From assembly GCA_051362555.1 (NCBI GenBank), contig CM120641.1:42538401-42602400 (forward strand): a stretch of DNA of 64,000 nucleotides. The letters are read 5' to 3'. The stretch is from Lingula anatina. Taxonomy: Eukaryota; Animalia; Brachiopoda. The position numbers were made by a program, and so were the translations under genes. The notes under the pieces are model-generated. The model made no database searches and was not told where the DNA came from. It was given only the letters and a program-made list of their open reading frames with translations. The first letter of the stretch is position 1, and each line of letters starts with the position of its first letter. Below, in pieces: positions 23,301 through 38,400 of the stretch.

Positions 23301-26300
23301 TGCTTAAGGAACTGTATAGCTCTGTAGAGAAATTTATCTGTAAAGACGGCTTTGGTTTAGGTGTTGTGTTATATTACAGTACCACTGAAGTTGAAGAAGT
23401 GGGGTGTTTTGTGTTAGGTAAAGCTCTTAACAAGTATGGTGGTATGGAGAATGGAGAAGAAACATGGTACCACAGTGTGAAAGATGGGGCATCTGGATAA
23501 ATACTAGTATGTCTACTGCATAAAAGGAAAACAGTCTGGACATGCTTATATTTCATCGTGGGACACAGAGAGAAAAATGCTATGTATGCTTTCCTAACTG
23601 TTGTGTACTTTAGTGTGCTAATGGAAGAAAAAGGATGGGTTATACTTTAGGGAGCAGGTAATTGTTTTCATTTGTATATTAATGGAAATGTTTTTTTTTT
23701 ATTTTTTTTATCATTATTTGGAATAATTGGATTTTTACTGGAAGAGCAACAAGTGGACATTTTTTCTCTTGAGCCAGGATATGTGAAAGTTACTGCAAAG
23801 AAATTCAAGATTGAAAGCAGCATTTTTGGAAAAAGTGTGCTAATTTATTTTAGCACAGGAAAAAATTGTAGTAATACATTTATTACATTGTTCAACAAAA
23901 TAGCAAAATGATGGATCAGAAAAAAAACAATATTTGCAGAAAAAGATAGGCCTTAAATTTGCAAGGTATATACATCTTATTTGTAATCTGAGGACCATTC
24001 AACCAAAAACAAATGGAAAGTAACTCTTTACCAGGCATTTTTTTTTTCACAAGATGCCATAACACCAACAAAAGTGCTTTCAATTACGAGGAGTTTGGTT
24101 GGTCTTAGGTCAAATGAGGAAACAAAGCCACCTTTTCTTGACTTGAGACTTATGGCAGACAAGAGAGAGAAGAACTGTGCTCATTCAGTCCATTACACAC
24201 CAGTTAGCAGGCCAGACATGTCCCCAAAGTCATTTATCAGACATCTAATGGGGATGTGCTGCTGTAGTGATATTTATTTTAATGGGACTTGAAAGAATGA
24301 GTCACAGTGAACCTGTTTTATTTGCTTTAAGGTGAAACATACAATATTGTACCTGTCCCAAGTTGAAAAAAATAGTTGGACGTTTTTGTCATTGTTTGAT
24401 GATCATTTAAATTAATAGAAAGATCACTGAGGAAAAATCTATTTTCATTTCCATATCTTATGATTTGATAAATTAAGTGCTTTGTCATTAGTAATCAAAA
24501 TTGGAATGTTATCATAAAGTTTGATTTTTTATATTGTTTGGGAGCATTTTGGGGAAAATATTTCTAAAGCTTTTAGACTTTGATTTTTCTTGCTTGATTG
24601 TACATATCTCTCTAGTTCTTCAGAGTAATTGTTAAGATTTCACCAAAACAAAAAAAACGTAATTAAAAAAGTTCAAAGTTTCATTGTTATATAAAAATCT
24701 CAATGTGTTACTGAAATGATACAGAATACAATATTATATGCTGACTTAAGTGTACTGGTACCACCTAAGCTAGTTGCAAGGTAAGTTAGCCATTCAACAG
24801 TTATGTAAAAAGCATTCATAGACGTCAACTGTTTTACAATACAGTATGTACCAAAATCAACAGCAGTAGCAGCAGTTGCAGTTTTTTAAGGGACTTAAGC
24901 TTGACAGCAACCATGGTTGACTTTCATTACTGTAACCGAATACCCTATAAAATGTACATGGGGGCTTATAAAAGTTACTGTACTAAAGCCAATTTGTTTG
25001 GACTAATTAGACTTGCAACCACTTACGTGAAAAAGTTTACATTAATTGATTATTTAGCCAGCATTTATCAGCGACAACAGTGTTATTATAAACATTTCTA
25101 CATGTCTGTATTGATGGAAAGGTAGTAGATTCACTTAAATGATCTCAGGGATAAGGGTGTGTCCAACTTTTACCAGAAAGGTCTTACTTGGACCATCACT
25201 TTTACTACACATCCAGGGTTGGGTCCTGATTGATAATTTCTTGGCCATACAATGTATAATGTAACTGCCACTCTGATTACAAATACATCCCCAGGAGATT
25301 AGATGGCTGGGAGAAAACATGCAAGGAGGCCATCAGATTTTCTGAAGGAATGGGCTTGAAGTTACAACCACCCATATAGTTTCAGTACTACTGTACATGC
25401 CCCATTGATATATCCACTGCTATAAACAGTCACGATATATAACTTGCCTTTTTAATCAATTTGGAATTTGACTCAAGGGACAGTTTTATCCAGATAACTA
25501 GTCTGTGGTGGGGTGGTTATGGGACTGAGGCAAGATTTTTGCGATGATTAACGCACTTCGGCCAACATGCTTCCAGAAAGATATACATGTATAACAACAT
25601 TCCTCATGTTGGCTTGATACAGAGGAAGAGGAGGTTTTTTGGTGCCTACTTTGAGTCATGTAATTCTACAGTTAATATTAATACAGAACTGGATGTTTTA
25701 AGACATGTGGATTACATTTCATGGGGCAGTGGATTAAATTTGGTGCTGATTTGGATGCCTGTTGTCAGTTATACTATGGAATCGGCAAAGGAATGAATGG
25801 TCTGATATAATGACAAGAATGATGCCCATTTGTTTATATACTCAAAACATTCTGATACACTTAAAAGTATTATTATTTGGTCTTGTGGCATAACTCCCCA
25901 TCTAACTGGTGCTGCCATGGTATTCATGTTGTTTCATTGGTGACAATTCAAGGACAAATGTAGTTATATTACGTGACTTCACATGTACAAGAGAGTGTAT
26001 TATGCTATGCGGTTTGAATTTTCACGGCTATTTAACTATGTACATACACCATTATGGGTGCTAAAGTATGATACTGATGTATTTTGCAGGTAATTAACAA
26101 ATTAAGATATTATTTTCATCAAGGCATTTAAGAGAAGTTATTCTTTTTGTAATTAATTTCAGAATTTTTCTACCAAGGTTTGCAAAATTACAGAGGATTG
26201 TTTAATATCTAGTAGTCTTGCATGCTTATACACTAAATATGATTAAAGTACTTGTTCTAAGGGTAGACAATTACAATGTCCATCATCTGTGATAGACTTT

Positions 26301-26360
26301 TTAAACGTTATTTCTAAGATGTTTATTTCTTTATTCTAGGCCAAGAAGCACCGAGCGTTG

Positions 26361-26460
26361 ATGGGGTCGGTGAAGATGCCCAACATACAGACAGCAACAA
26401 AATGGACGCTGCTTCTTCTGCTGATACAATTACCAAACCATATCTTAGCACAAATAACTC
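26361..26460 (+). CDS. Cadherin signal-peptide exon
   Basis: Acceptor ttctttattctag at 26339. MGSVKMPNIQTATKWTLLLLLIQLPNHILAQIT, donor gtaagt, phase 1 matching the next exon (PCTAKG…). Not in the ORF track because it is <60 aa. Confidence 0.85.
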
Positions 26461-29400
26461 GTAAGTAGATAAAATAATAGACTATTGTTTGTTGCCAATG
26501 TTTCTTGGTGCATTGAGTTTCTTTTTTTATTGATCCAAAGCAGAAAGTGATTTTATGATTATTAAGACTACTGTTACAGCTAGTGGAAGTGATTTAAATT
26601 TCTAAGTTATACCTGCTGCTGTGGATTTATATCTGAATATGATCTTTGGGCTAATATGGTCTCTTATATGATGTTATTAGACCATATGGATTATTTGTGA
26701 TTTATCATTCCTTATTGGAAAGAAAGACATCCTGGCAAAAGGATTGTCTTTAAAAATAACAATAACTGTTTGTATTGAAGAACAATTAAGTTATTGCTTT
26801 TTTACTCTCACATTGGTGCTGATGAGACTGCCTGTAATGATTTTCACAGTCCACTCAGGCATTAGTTTTTGCAAATATATATATCCTATAGTACAATGTA
26901 TTCAGTGGGGATTATGTAGAAATGTAAAAATGTTTTGGCATTTGAATGCTATAGATATTTTCACCAAGCTCTAACCAATCCTGGATACTGGACATACACA
27001 GAATTAAGCAGATGCTGAGACATGCAACTCAGGTCATTTGTTTTCTGCAGTTATGTAACAAGTGAAGGTATTGGAGGGTTTAATACATGTATTTCCACTT
27101 TTTAGGTTTTGTTTTAAGTATGTATTTGCGAAAGTGTGTAGGTCTTTATAGCCAACCTGTAAGACCATCAGCAAATAGACAGCAGAGCAAGCTTGAGCTT
27201 CTATAGACACCACAATTATTGCTTTATCATATTGTATTTGTTTAAAGGCCAAATCATTCAAGTTAGACTTGACCCCACACAGCCTCAATTTTAGCTCATT
27301 TAGATATTAAAAGTCTTCTAACAGTTTTTTATGCAACAGGAGCTACTTGTACTATACAAATAAACAGAAAGCAAAAAGCTAGTTCTGTTTGCAAATCTTG
27401 AATACTTTGACCTATTTGCTTTGAATTCATCTTTGAAAGAGCATCATGCACTTACCTTGATATACTATAGATATAGACAAGACAATCATGCTCTGCATTT
27501 AAATTCTTTTTTTATCAACCTCAGGTAGACAAATGGTTAGAGAGCCAGGAGAGGGGTGTTTTCTAGTTATTATTTCAACAGGAAATTATTCTCAGCACAT
27601 AATTTTTTAGGGAGAGGACATGATAGTATTTCATATTTGAAAAGCATTTAATACTTAATTTGGAGGGGGGGGGAGGCAAAATTTTATGGCATTCAAAAGA
27701 CTTTCAAAATCATACTTACAGGTATCTTTATTGCAAAAGAATATTTGCATAAAAAAGAGGAAAAATCATTTAAATTTAGATGGGTTTTTGTTTTTGCAAG
27801 TTATGATGTAAGATCTGATGTAATGTATTAAATAATTCCGGAGGAACTATTGATAGAATTGATTAACTTGTTCACGCCTAAATTTCCTATATATATGAAA
27901 CATAAATGTCTGTTGTGAATACTGTTTTTTACCACATGTGATTGGCATTATTGGATGTCATTTTCTCTAAAGAACAGAGTTAGGCAGGTCATTAAGTTCT
28001 TCTAACATTAGCTCACTTATTAATAAATAAGAAAATCACTTTAAATATATTTTATATTTCATGTTTATTGCTTGGGCCATCATAAGCTTCCAAAATAACC
28101 CAGTCCTAATTGCTCCATACTCTGTGAACAAGTTTGCAAAACATCATTAAATGGCCCCTCATCTGTGTCATATTTTGAATATTTAACACAACTAAAATTC
28201 ATACCCCCTTTTAAAGTGGAAAAAAATACTCTTCAAGACTTCAAAGACAGGTAGCAACAGGTAATGACTAATGTTGATGTCTTAAATGAAGTAAAATTAA
28301 CCACATCTGTGGAATATTTTACACCCCTTTGTTGAAATGATAGCAAATATACTTATGTTAATGACTGCAGAGGCTTGCACTCCTTTTATAAAAAGGTGTT
28401 TATAGCTAGGGCAGCAAACCCATTTGTTGCATGACTAATTGACAAAGAATGCAGTTATTGGCTAAAATTTATTTCAAAATTGATATAAGATATGAAAAAT
28501 TGCACTGATATCAACTTAAGTTTTTAGTTCAAATTTTGTTGCATTGCAATGGCTCTATTTAAGTTTCATTTAATATAAAAAAGAAAGAGAAGTCTTCATC
28601 AAAATAAAAATAAAAAAAACTACCTTTAATTGCATTTAAATTTCAAAAAAAATATATTACATTAACTTCTGATGTTTTTTGGTAAGCAGAAGTAAATGCC
28701 AGTATCAGAGATTAGCCTACACAATTTCATTAACCCGAAAGTGTATATTTTGTGTTAAATATTTCGGTATATAACACATGTTACTGCAACATGGCATAAG
28801 AAAGCCCATCGTGCATGAAATCAGTGGGGCGTAAATAATGTGGTGCATTACTTGTCTGTCTCAGCTGACCCAGTCTAATATGAATTGATGGTGAAACATA
28901 TTGGGGGTTAAAGCTATATATATAAACATGAAACAAATATGACAGGTATCAGTTGTTATTGGATAAAAATAGCTACTGTGAAAAGGAAGGGAAGTCACCT
29001 GTGATATATGTGACAAAAATGCATTTTCTATATTTTTTTAAACAGTTTATTTTTAAATTTCGACCTAAAATTGTTATGCCAATAGTTGTACCCTTTTGTT
29101 ATTGTATATATGTGAAGTTGCATTAATTGACCTGTTTTGAATGTGGATTTAAACAAATAGAGTATCCATAGTTAACTTTTTTTACAGGAAAAATGAACAT
29201 GCTTATGTAAATGCAGAAGGGTCATAATTTCAGAAGATATTAGGGAAGTGCTATGGAAGCAATTTGAAAAGGAGGGGTTTTCTGAAAAAATTGATCCTTT
29301 CACCTCTTTATTTAACCAAATTTGAGAAATGAAATAGAACCTAGATCAAATTTTGATCCAGAACATCTTTTCTAGACATATGAGTGGTTCTTGTGAACCC

Positions 29401-32400
29401 CTGATCCTGCCTGTATATTCTTTGTTGAATGCTTATTTGAAGTTGTCTTTGTTTTCAGCATGCACAGCCAAAGGTAGTGCGGCAGGCCAGGGTGAAAACC
29501 TGGTGCTAAGAGTTCAAGTATATGAAGCCACAGCTGATGGTAAGTGGGCTGGGGATAGAAAGGCATGAATGTTGAGATATATGTGAACTTCTTTAAAGGA
29601 TTTTTTTGTGTTTTTGTCCAGGAAAGCAAAGATTTTACTGTTAGATTTTTTAGCCAAATTAAAGGGAAGATATTACTTTTGTCCATTATTGATATTTTCA
29701 AAACTGTGTATAATTATTTACTTGAAAAAGAGGATCAGTAATGCTGTGGTTTTGTACATTTGATTTCTCGAAAAGGGGATTGATTGGATTGTAATCCTAT
29801 GCTCTCTCTCTATATTTGCCTTCAGAGCTGAATGTATTTAGTTCAGACTACTATGATGAAATCCAGCTATATGGGGCTCATGGACAAAATATGCAGCTCG
29901 TTCTGGAAAATTCTGCCAAAACGAAGCATGTAAATGATGTCAACGATTACTTCACTGTGGAGTATGCTGGAGGACAGAACAGAATTAGGCTAAAAAGACC
30001 TATAGATAGAGATGTAAGAAAAAATGACCAGTGAAAACACTTACTCAGCTAACACACTATTCCACATGTATGTATGGCTGGTACATCCAATACATTCTTT
30101 GAAACACTGGCACACCTAACATATTCCTGTTCTCTGTGTCATTCATTATTTATTTCATTTATTATTATTGTTATTTTTTTTTTTTTGCTTTTGCTTTATG
30201 CCAATATCCTGTCACTTAATTGATGAACTTTCATCTTTTTCTTAATGTGTTATTGGCAATTTTCATTCATGTTGCCACATCAGTTTTCTGTTTTTTTTTT
30301 ATCAATTTGAAAATTAATATAGTTTGTTGAGCTAATGGAATTTTGGTACATTTTTCAGGGTAGTAGTGCAGACACCAAAGATGATGTAGATTTAATAGAA
30401 TTCCACATTAAGTGTACCCCCACACAGGTAAGATGAAATGGTTTGTGATTTTTGGCTTATGAGACAAAGTAACAAGTAAATGCAGCAGACTTAAAATAAC
30501 TTTTTTAAGTCGGGCAAAAATGCAAGTTAAGCAGTGTTTATATTAAATTCAATTCATATTAAAGCAAATATTAATTCCTTAAGATTTGTTTAAGATTATT
30601 TTTTGAGTTATAAGATACTAGTTTTTGATTAGATATTGATTTTAATAAATTTGTATAATCTTCTAAATTTTGAAGAGTTTGAGAAACATTGGTTATTATT
30701 TTTTATCTGACATAATTTCTTAAGTCCTTGTATCTTATTCCAAACTTTTACCTAAAGTTTTTTCAATTTCAGGGAGAAGCCACAATCTATGTAACACACA
30801 TGACTATTTTAGATAAAAATGACAATGCACCAGAGTTTAAGATACCATTTGGGGGATATAAAGTATCTATTAGTGAAGTGAGTACTGCATTCAAATTACA
30901 GAGCTCAAGATACCCTGAGGATTTGACTAATTGTTAACTTGTATCAGGGATGAATTGACAAGAAATTGTGCTTTTTGTTTTCATAAGCCAAAGCATATTA
31001 TCTTCAGCATTTGAAAATTGAAAATTGTAGTAATGTTATATTTGATATGGTTGGGAGTTAGCTAGAAAATCTGCTATTGAAAAAGATAAAGGGCTCATAT
31101 AACAATACATGAAATAAGTGTCACCTTTATGTTTATAGGGCCCATTAGAGCAAAGTGAATAATTTACTGCTGTCTGTTTCAGTTGTCTCCTGTTGGCTCA
31201 GAAATCTACAACAAAATCTCTGCCACAGATAGAGATGCTTTAGACAACAAGGAAGTGGATTTTAAAGTGGAACAGGGAGATGGTGGACCTGTAAGTGTTT
31301 GGTTATTGATACTTCTCGTAGTTAATAGCAGGCCTGTAGCCAGTAGTTCCAAAAGGGGAATAAAGTTCATCTTTGTTGACTCAACCTGAGAATTCGGTTA
31401 GAACCTAGGAGAATATAAAATTTTTAGTCAAATTTTCACGACTAAAAGAACAGTCCCTTTGACTCTCATACCACCCAAATAGCATCTGATACATAACAAG
31501 GATAGATTTAAGAAGTAAAAAGTTTCAAAGGTAGACAGTGTTTTTTTGTAATACAATGTACATGAAATCCTACTAATTTCATTTAAAAAGTGATTTGCGG
31601 TCAGTGCTTTACATGGCACTGGTGGGATGGATATTTGTTAATATTCCATGGTCCAAAGTCAGTACTTACTTAACTTTTTGTGCTGTTTTCCAGAATGATG
31701 GTTTCAATTACTTCATCATCACTCTGCCTCGTCAAGGGCAGGTCAGGGTCAGAGAGCCTCTGGACTATGAGAGCATGGTCAGTCCATACTATCTGGTCAG
31801 GATTTCTGCCAGGGTAAGATTATTCATTGTGCAGATTACAATTCTAAGTAGATTGAATGGATTCTTGACATGGTTAGGATTCGAAGAGGCATGTTTTGAA
31901 GAATTTGTCCATAGGATCTGAAATGAGATGGATCAAGGATGTAGAAATCTGTTATATTGTTAAAAAAAAGGATATATTCCTGTTTTTTATGGTTTGCTTG
32001 TATACATTGCTATCTGTTATTTTTAAAGCAACCGGTATTGGTAAGTTTTCTTGTTATTTATTATTTTTAAGTTCATTACACATTTTTTTCTGAGTCTTTT
32101 GTTATTTTTTTTAGAAATTTTTTCACTAGACTCGCGCTCCCACAGTAATATGTTGAATGTTTTTCATTTGCTTAGTGCTTTGTAGTTGTCAAATTTAGAG
32201 AATTTTTATTGTGTTCATTTGAAACAAAACTGTAATGCTCATTTCCATTGTCACATTTCTCTTACACTTCACTAAAACTAAAAGCAATTCTCATATATTT
32301 TACTTCCCTTGACTTACAGCCATGCCTTTTGATCATTACATATTATTAATATGCCACATTTCTTTTAGGACAAAGGGCAGCCATCCCGAGTGGCATATGC

Positions 32401-35400
32401 TACCCTGAATATCACCATACTAGATGGCGATGACCTGCCGCCTGTGTTTACCTATGCTGGTTGTGTGGCATACGAAGACCTGTGTATCAATCCACAGTAT
32501 ACTGCCAGAGTTCTCAACAACCGGGTGGTAATTATTCAAATCTGCTTCTTTAAGTCCTTAGTTGTAGAGAAAAGTATCCTTCCCTTTTCAAAAATAAGTT
32601 GTGATACTTTGTCTGAAAATACTGAATTGAGCAAATTTGGTAGCTGTTTATTATTAATTGAGTGAGGTAGATTGGAATTTTTATTAAGCAGTCAGTTTTC
32701 TTTCTACAAGATAATATCGGACGGCTTTATAAGTAACCTACAAAGTTTTCAGTATACGAAGAGATATATGTTGCATTTTGGTAACTGCTGTTTCTCATTT
32801 ACCCTTTCTCTGATTTCAAAAACACTTAACAGAGATAGGAGTTTGTTTTAAGTTATTTTTAAACTTTTTGTAGCTTAAATCAGTATGTGATGTAATTGCC
32901 AATATTTTGTTAACATTCTCCCAGACACAGTGACACCCGCTGTCTGCCAATTTGCCTAACACATCAACACATTCAGCAGTCTCATCTACCACAATATGAC
33001 AAAATGATTGAACTTTCTCTTTCAGACTCCTGGTGTTTTGAACATTGAACCAGAACCTATAGTAGCTGTAGACAGAGACAAAATGATTGATAATTCTATT
33101 AAATACTCCTTTGTGGATGGTAAGTCTGACAACAATTCCAGTGTATTTAATGGTAATAATTATGAATGCATTGAAAATAATATCTTAGATATTTCTCCTT
33201 CTTGCATAGGTTAACTAGTTATGTTTTCATAAGAATGTTACTACCAATGTACCTATGTAAATGTATTAAGATATAAATACTGTATAAACTATTGTTTCAG
33301 TATAACTCTTTGTCTGTAGAAGAATTACCTGATGAATACTTAAGATATTTGATAAAAAGTTATCTTGTTTTTTTTTTTCAGGCACACCTAGTAACTACAG
33401 CTCTTACTTTCAAATTGACCAAAATACTGGGTCAGTTCGCCAGTTGCTGCCTGTCAGTCACTTCTTTGTCAAAGAGTTTGAGATTACTGTCAAGGTAATT
33501 AATTGCTTATGATGTCTTACGAATATGTTAGGTAAATGCACCAGCCTTCTATACACAAGCTTCTATTTATTTCTTACCCAATATATTACATAAGCAGAAA
33601 AAGCATCTTATACATGTCTTATATTCCACTAAAACATTTTTGCTTCTTTTGCTGTTATATCATGTATCAAACATAAATGTTAATATCAGTTCTTATTTAT
33701 GATCATTACCATTATTATGACTTAAATTTTAATCTGCCTCATATTATAACATGTACTGCATCCTTTCTTAGGCTGAGGAAGACTCACTGAACAAGCGCTA
33801 TGAGACAGCCACTCTGACAATATCTGTTGGTACAGTGAACGTCAACCCACCAAGTATATCCAGTTCCTATGGCTCATTCATAGGGTATGTCAGTGAAGTG
33901 GCGCCCGTGGGAACAAGAGTTAAGAACTCTGCGGGTACACGGGATCTGCAGCTGGTGGTCACTGATCTGGATTTGGTAAGTCCAGGCCACATATATATAT
34001 GGAATAAATGTTTAGTGGTAACAAACAGACAAATTTGTTGCTTAGATGCACATGCATTAAATTTATTTTCTATACTGTGTGAATATTTGCTGTTTTGATA
34101 TTGATATGAGTCACTAAATTACTTGAATATGTTTGTCATATTGTACTTAAATTTTTATTTTTTTTGCTCTGTGACAACATTGACTGTATAATACTGTTTA
34201 CCACTGTTTACACATTTTTTTTGCTTTTCTCTAAAAACCTAGTGCCTTACCTCTCCTCTTCATCACAATATGTATTCTTAATTTTCTACAGTTCCCAATG
34301 TTCTTTGTTTTTTACAGGCTCCTGGTGACCCCCCTCAGAACTACATTTATACAGTGTCTGGCACTGGAGCATTCACAGTCAATGATCAGGGGGTTGTAAC
34401 AGTGGCTGGAGCACTGGACTATGAAGAGCAACAACAGGTCACATTTACTGTAAGTGCTTGGTTCTAAGGTCTGAACATTCGAGTAATCTTATCTTTACTT
34501 TGAAAAACTTTGCAGCAACCACGTGCATTATGATTTGATACATTTTGCCTTGTGATTTGGGTAATTCATTTAAAAAGGCCAGAAGTTTTGATGTTTTTAA
34601 CTGCTAATGTCTGCGAGTTACAGTCATGCACAAAGAGCTAGACTTAATAACAGAATTTCTGGTCTCTCAGTAGTTTGAATGAAATATGAAGATATACAGT
34701 TCTTAACATGTCATTATGATTACATACCAGGTAACTGTAACAGAGGCAGATACAGCAGAGCAAAGATCAAGCACAGTGCCAGTGACTGTAAATATCAGAG
34801 ATGCCAACGACAACAGCCCTTTATTTGAGAGTAACATCTACCGTGCTACTGTACAGAAGACACCTGTTTCTGTTCCTGTGGTCCAGGTAGAGATATATTA
34901 TGTTTTTTTATTGATTGCATTTGGGATGATTTTTTTGAAAATTAAACAATTAGTTAGGTTACTATACTGAAGAGCTGTGTCTTAGCATGTACCAGGTAGA
35001 TACACCTTGATACTTTTGGTTGGTAATAAAAGGGGCAAAAGTCATGCTAAAAATTTGGTGGAATGACCCTTTTATGATATTCTTGCTTATAATACCAGTA
35101 ATACATTGTACCTGTAGGTTGTTGCAACTGATGGCGATAGCGGTGAAAGTGGGCGTGTGACATACTCCATATTGTCCGAGGACAATGGGTTCCAGTCTTC
35201 CTTCCGTATCAACCCCAACACTGGTCACATCAATACCCAGGCAGAGCTGTCCCCAAGCCTGGCACCATATGTACTCACAGTACAGGCCTCTGATAATGCC
35301 CCAAACCCAGCAGACAGAAAGTGAGTTTATTGTTAACAGAATGATACAACACAGAAAGAGATTAAGGCATATTTTCACAGTAATTAACACTAAATTATTG

Positions 35401-38400
35401 TTTAATGCAACTATACGGAAATGTGTGGACAGGCTTTTAGGTCTTTTCAAAGAAAAACAATTGTGTACTGTTAAATGAATGGTTTGATTCAGGAATCGAT
35501 TTTTGGAGACTGCATCTGATGTCAGAAGTGAAGGATGATCCATTTTGTAAGATGGATTCCACCATCTAAAAACCAAGCCATCTAAACCAGTGTCATTTTT
35601 GTTGGTTGTCCAATCTTAATTCTGTTTTTGATATTATGAGCACAAAGTAGCACAATAAAAAGAAATGGAATTGGCATTGAATTGCACAGTAAGTGGTTGA
35701 CAATTTTTTTCTTTATTCCAGTACTGCCAATGCTATTGTGATGGTGTTTGTAAATGACACCAGAAGTGATGGGCGGCCATCTTTCTCCAGCTCAGAGTAC
35801 AACATTGCAGTCAGTGAGGGTGTGCTGGTTAATTCCAACATTTTCCAAGCCCCTGTAAGTATGGCTGTGTTACACTGAACACAACAGAGTTGAAGTACAT
35901 CCAAACACATTGTAGAATTGTCACAACTAGCACAATGAAGCCATAATAGAAAATAGGGGAATGGAGCAAATAATATCATGGCTTGAAATATTCAACATCA
36001 ACATTTTTGAGAGTGCACTTGACAAGTGTAAGATTATTTTGTTAAAACACTTTATACAATACACTTAGTGCATTTCATTACCAGAATATGTGTTTTAATA
36101 TTTTCCTCTTCTATTGTTAGGCATCACACCCAAATAACGATAGGCTAAGGTTCTCCATCTTGAGTGGAAACACAGGCAACATGTTTACAATTGATGCTTC
36201 CAAGTACGTATCTAAAAAGTTCTACCTATTACATCATGATATGTTAAACAGAATATCTGGTGACATATAGAGTAGCAGAAGAAATCTTCAATTGATAGGT
36301 CAATTAAGACATTTTTGCCTGAATACATGATTAAAACTGAAATGCATAAGAATCATAACTGATAACATAGCGTTAATAGAGGCCTTTAATGATTCTGAAG
36401 TGTGATGGTTGTCAGATATAAATGATATTAGTTCTGTTCTTCGTTTCAGTGCATATCTGGGGGGTATAGTTCGAAACAGCCAGCCACTTGATAGAGAAAC
36501 AGTTTCAAGATACACTTTGGTCCTGAAGGCAGAAGATAATAGTGGAAATGTGAGTGATTTGCCATTTCAGATTTTGTTTTTAAAACAGTTAATGCAGTGG
36601 GAATTTTGAATTTATAAGTATTGAAAATGATTTTAATCAACTAGGGGAGAACTATTACCTATACTGTTTCCTATGCAGATGCTGCAGTTACTGACATGCA
36701 TTTGATTACAATACTTTCAAAATAAGAGTGTTTTGGACAAGTTCCATTGATTTCTTCTTTGTGTTATGTTCACAGAAAAATGTACCTTTCATCTATAGAT
36801 TTTGCTTTAAATCAGTTAGAGAAAAAAGTATTTATTCAGGTTATATATATATATTTTTTATAATTTTATTTTTGTGAAAACTGTATAAGATATTTAGGTA
36901 ATCTATTTTTTTCCTTCAGATTGCTACCACAACTCTGAACATAAATGTCACAGATATTAATGACAACAATCCAGTTTTCCTGGGGGTCTCTCCTAGGGTA
37001 TTCAGTGTGAGGGAGGGGCAGCCGCCACCTGTCAGGGTTGGAACTATACGGGTAATGTATTTATTGTTTCTGATTAGAAAAAAGGGGTTTACACTAATAT
37101 TTCTTCATTATGTGTCATCAGAAATCGGTATGTGATTGTGTATAAATCAACACTAACACACAGTTTATACATATTATTTAGTTTACAAAGTGAACAAGGT
37201 CTTGATACATGGCTGAAAGCTTTCTATTAAGCTTTTGGATTTTAATTTGTTGTGAGTATGAATATAATTGGTGCAGATTAAAGGCATATATAGTTTTTGT
37301 TTTGCCTTTAGGAAAAAATGTAAAAGACTTTAATTTTTCATCAATTTTGTCTTTAGGCAAATGATGAAGATGCAGGAGAGAATGGAAGAGTGACCTACAG
37401 GATTCCAGCAAATCCGTGAGTTATAATAATAACAATGAAAATATAAGAAATAAATTAAGTGATAATTGTTGGTCAATATGCTGTCATTTTGTTGCAGTGT
37501 TTTGTGGGTTGTCAGTTGGTAGAATTAAGCAGTCTTATTATTCTTAGAATGATGTATGGCCTTTCCTGTAATTTTATATCAAATACTGATTCATTCTGCC
37601 TTTAACTTATACCTAACTTAAAATGCTTTTGAAATGTGGTTAAATTCACTTCATTGGCCAAAAATAAGTAAAACGATAATATTTGTCTAGAAAAATGTTT
37701 AAATTTTTTACCAGTTTATCAATGTATTTTTTAGATTGTTTAATATATTCAACAGTAAAATTTATATGGAATCATAGATTATCCTAGCCGCACAGATGGT
37801 CATTCTAGCTCATCTGAGCATGAGATGTCTGTGCTTTCTGCAGAGGGGTTGTCAGAGATTACTTTTGTAACAAAGTTTCGGTTTATTTCTAGATACTTCA
37901 CAATCACTGAAGATGGTGTCATTTCCACCTCCCAGCCTTTGGACTTCGAGATGGCCAATGTCCACAATTTTGTTGTGACAGCAGAAGACCATGGTTTGGT
38001 CAGTCGCAAGAGTGTGCTGCCGGTCACTGTGAACGTCATTGATTTGCAGGATTCTACGCCAACATTTGTGCCACCATTGAACCTCTCTGTCCAGGTGTTG
38101 GAGAATAAGCCAGTAGGAACTATTGTTACAACAGTGGCTGTAAGTATTTGATGGCTCAATAAAGAATAGAAATTCAACTCTATTTTGGTGAAAAAGATTG
38201 AAATTATATTTGAGTGAATTTGTTTATGAATTAAGTGAAAATTTAACTTAAACAGAATGAACAAGCAAAATGGAAATTTAAAAGTATATACTGTTCATAT
38301 TGTTTAGTACAATTAATTAAACAATCTTAGTTTGCCTTTTCAATAATTGTGATTTGTTACTAGCCCTATCCCTCATTAGTATCAATCACCTTTTCTTGCC

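Noticed and set aside
34962-35576. 204-aa minus-strand ORF (also 37800-38264, 42476-42898, 49261-49926 minus)
   Set aside because: Antisense to cadherin exons, with no recognisable domain or splice context of their own.
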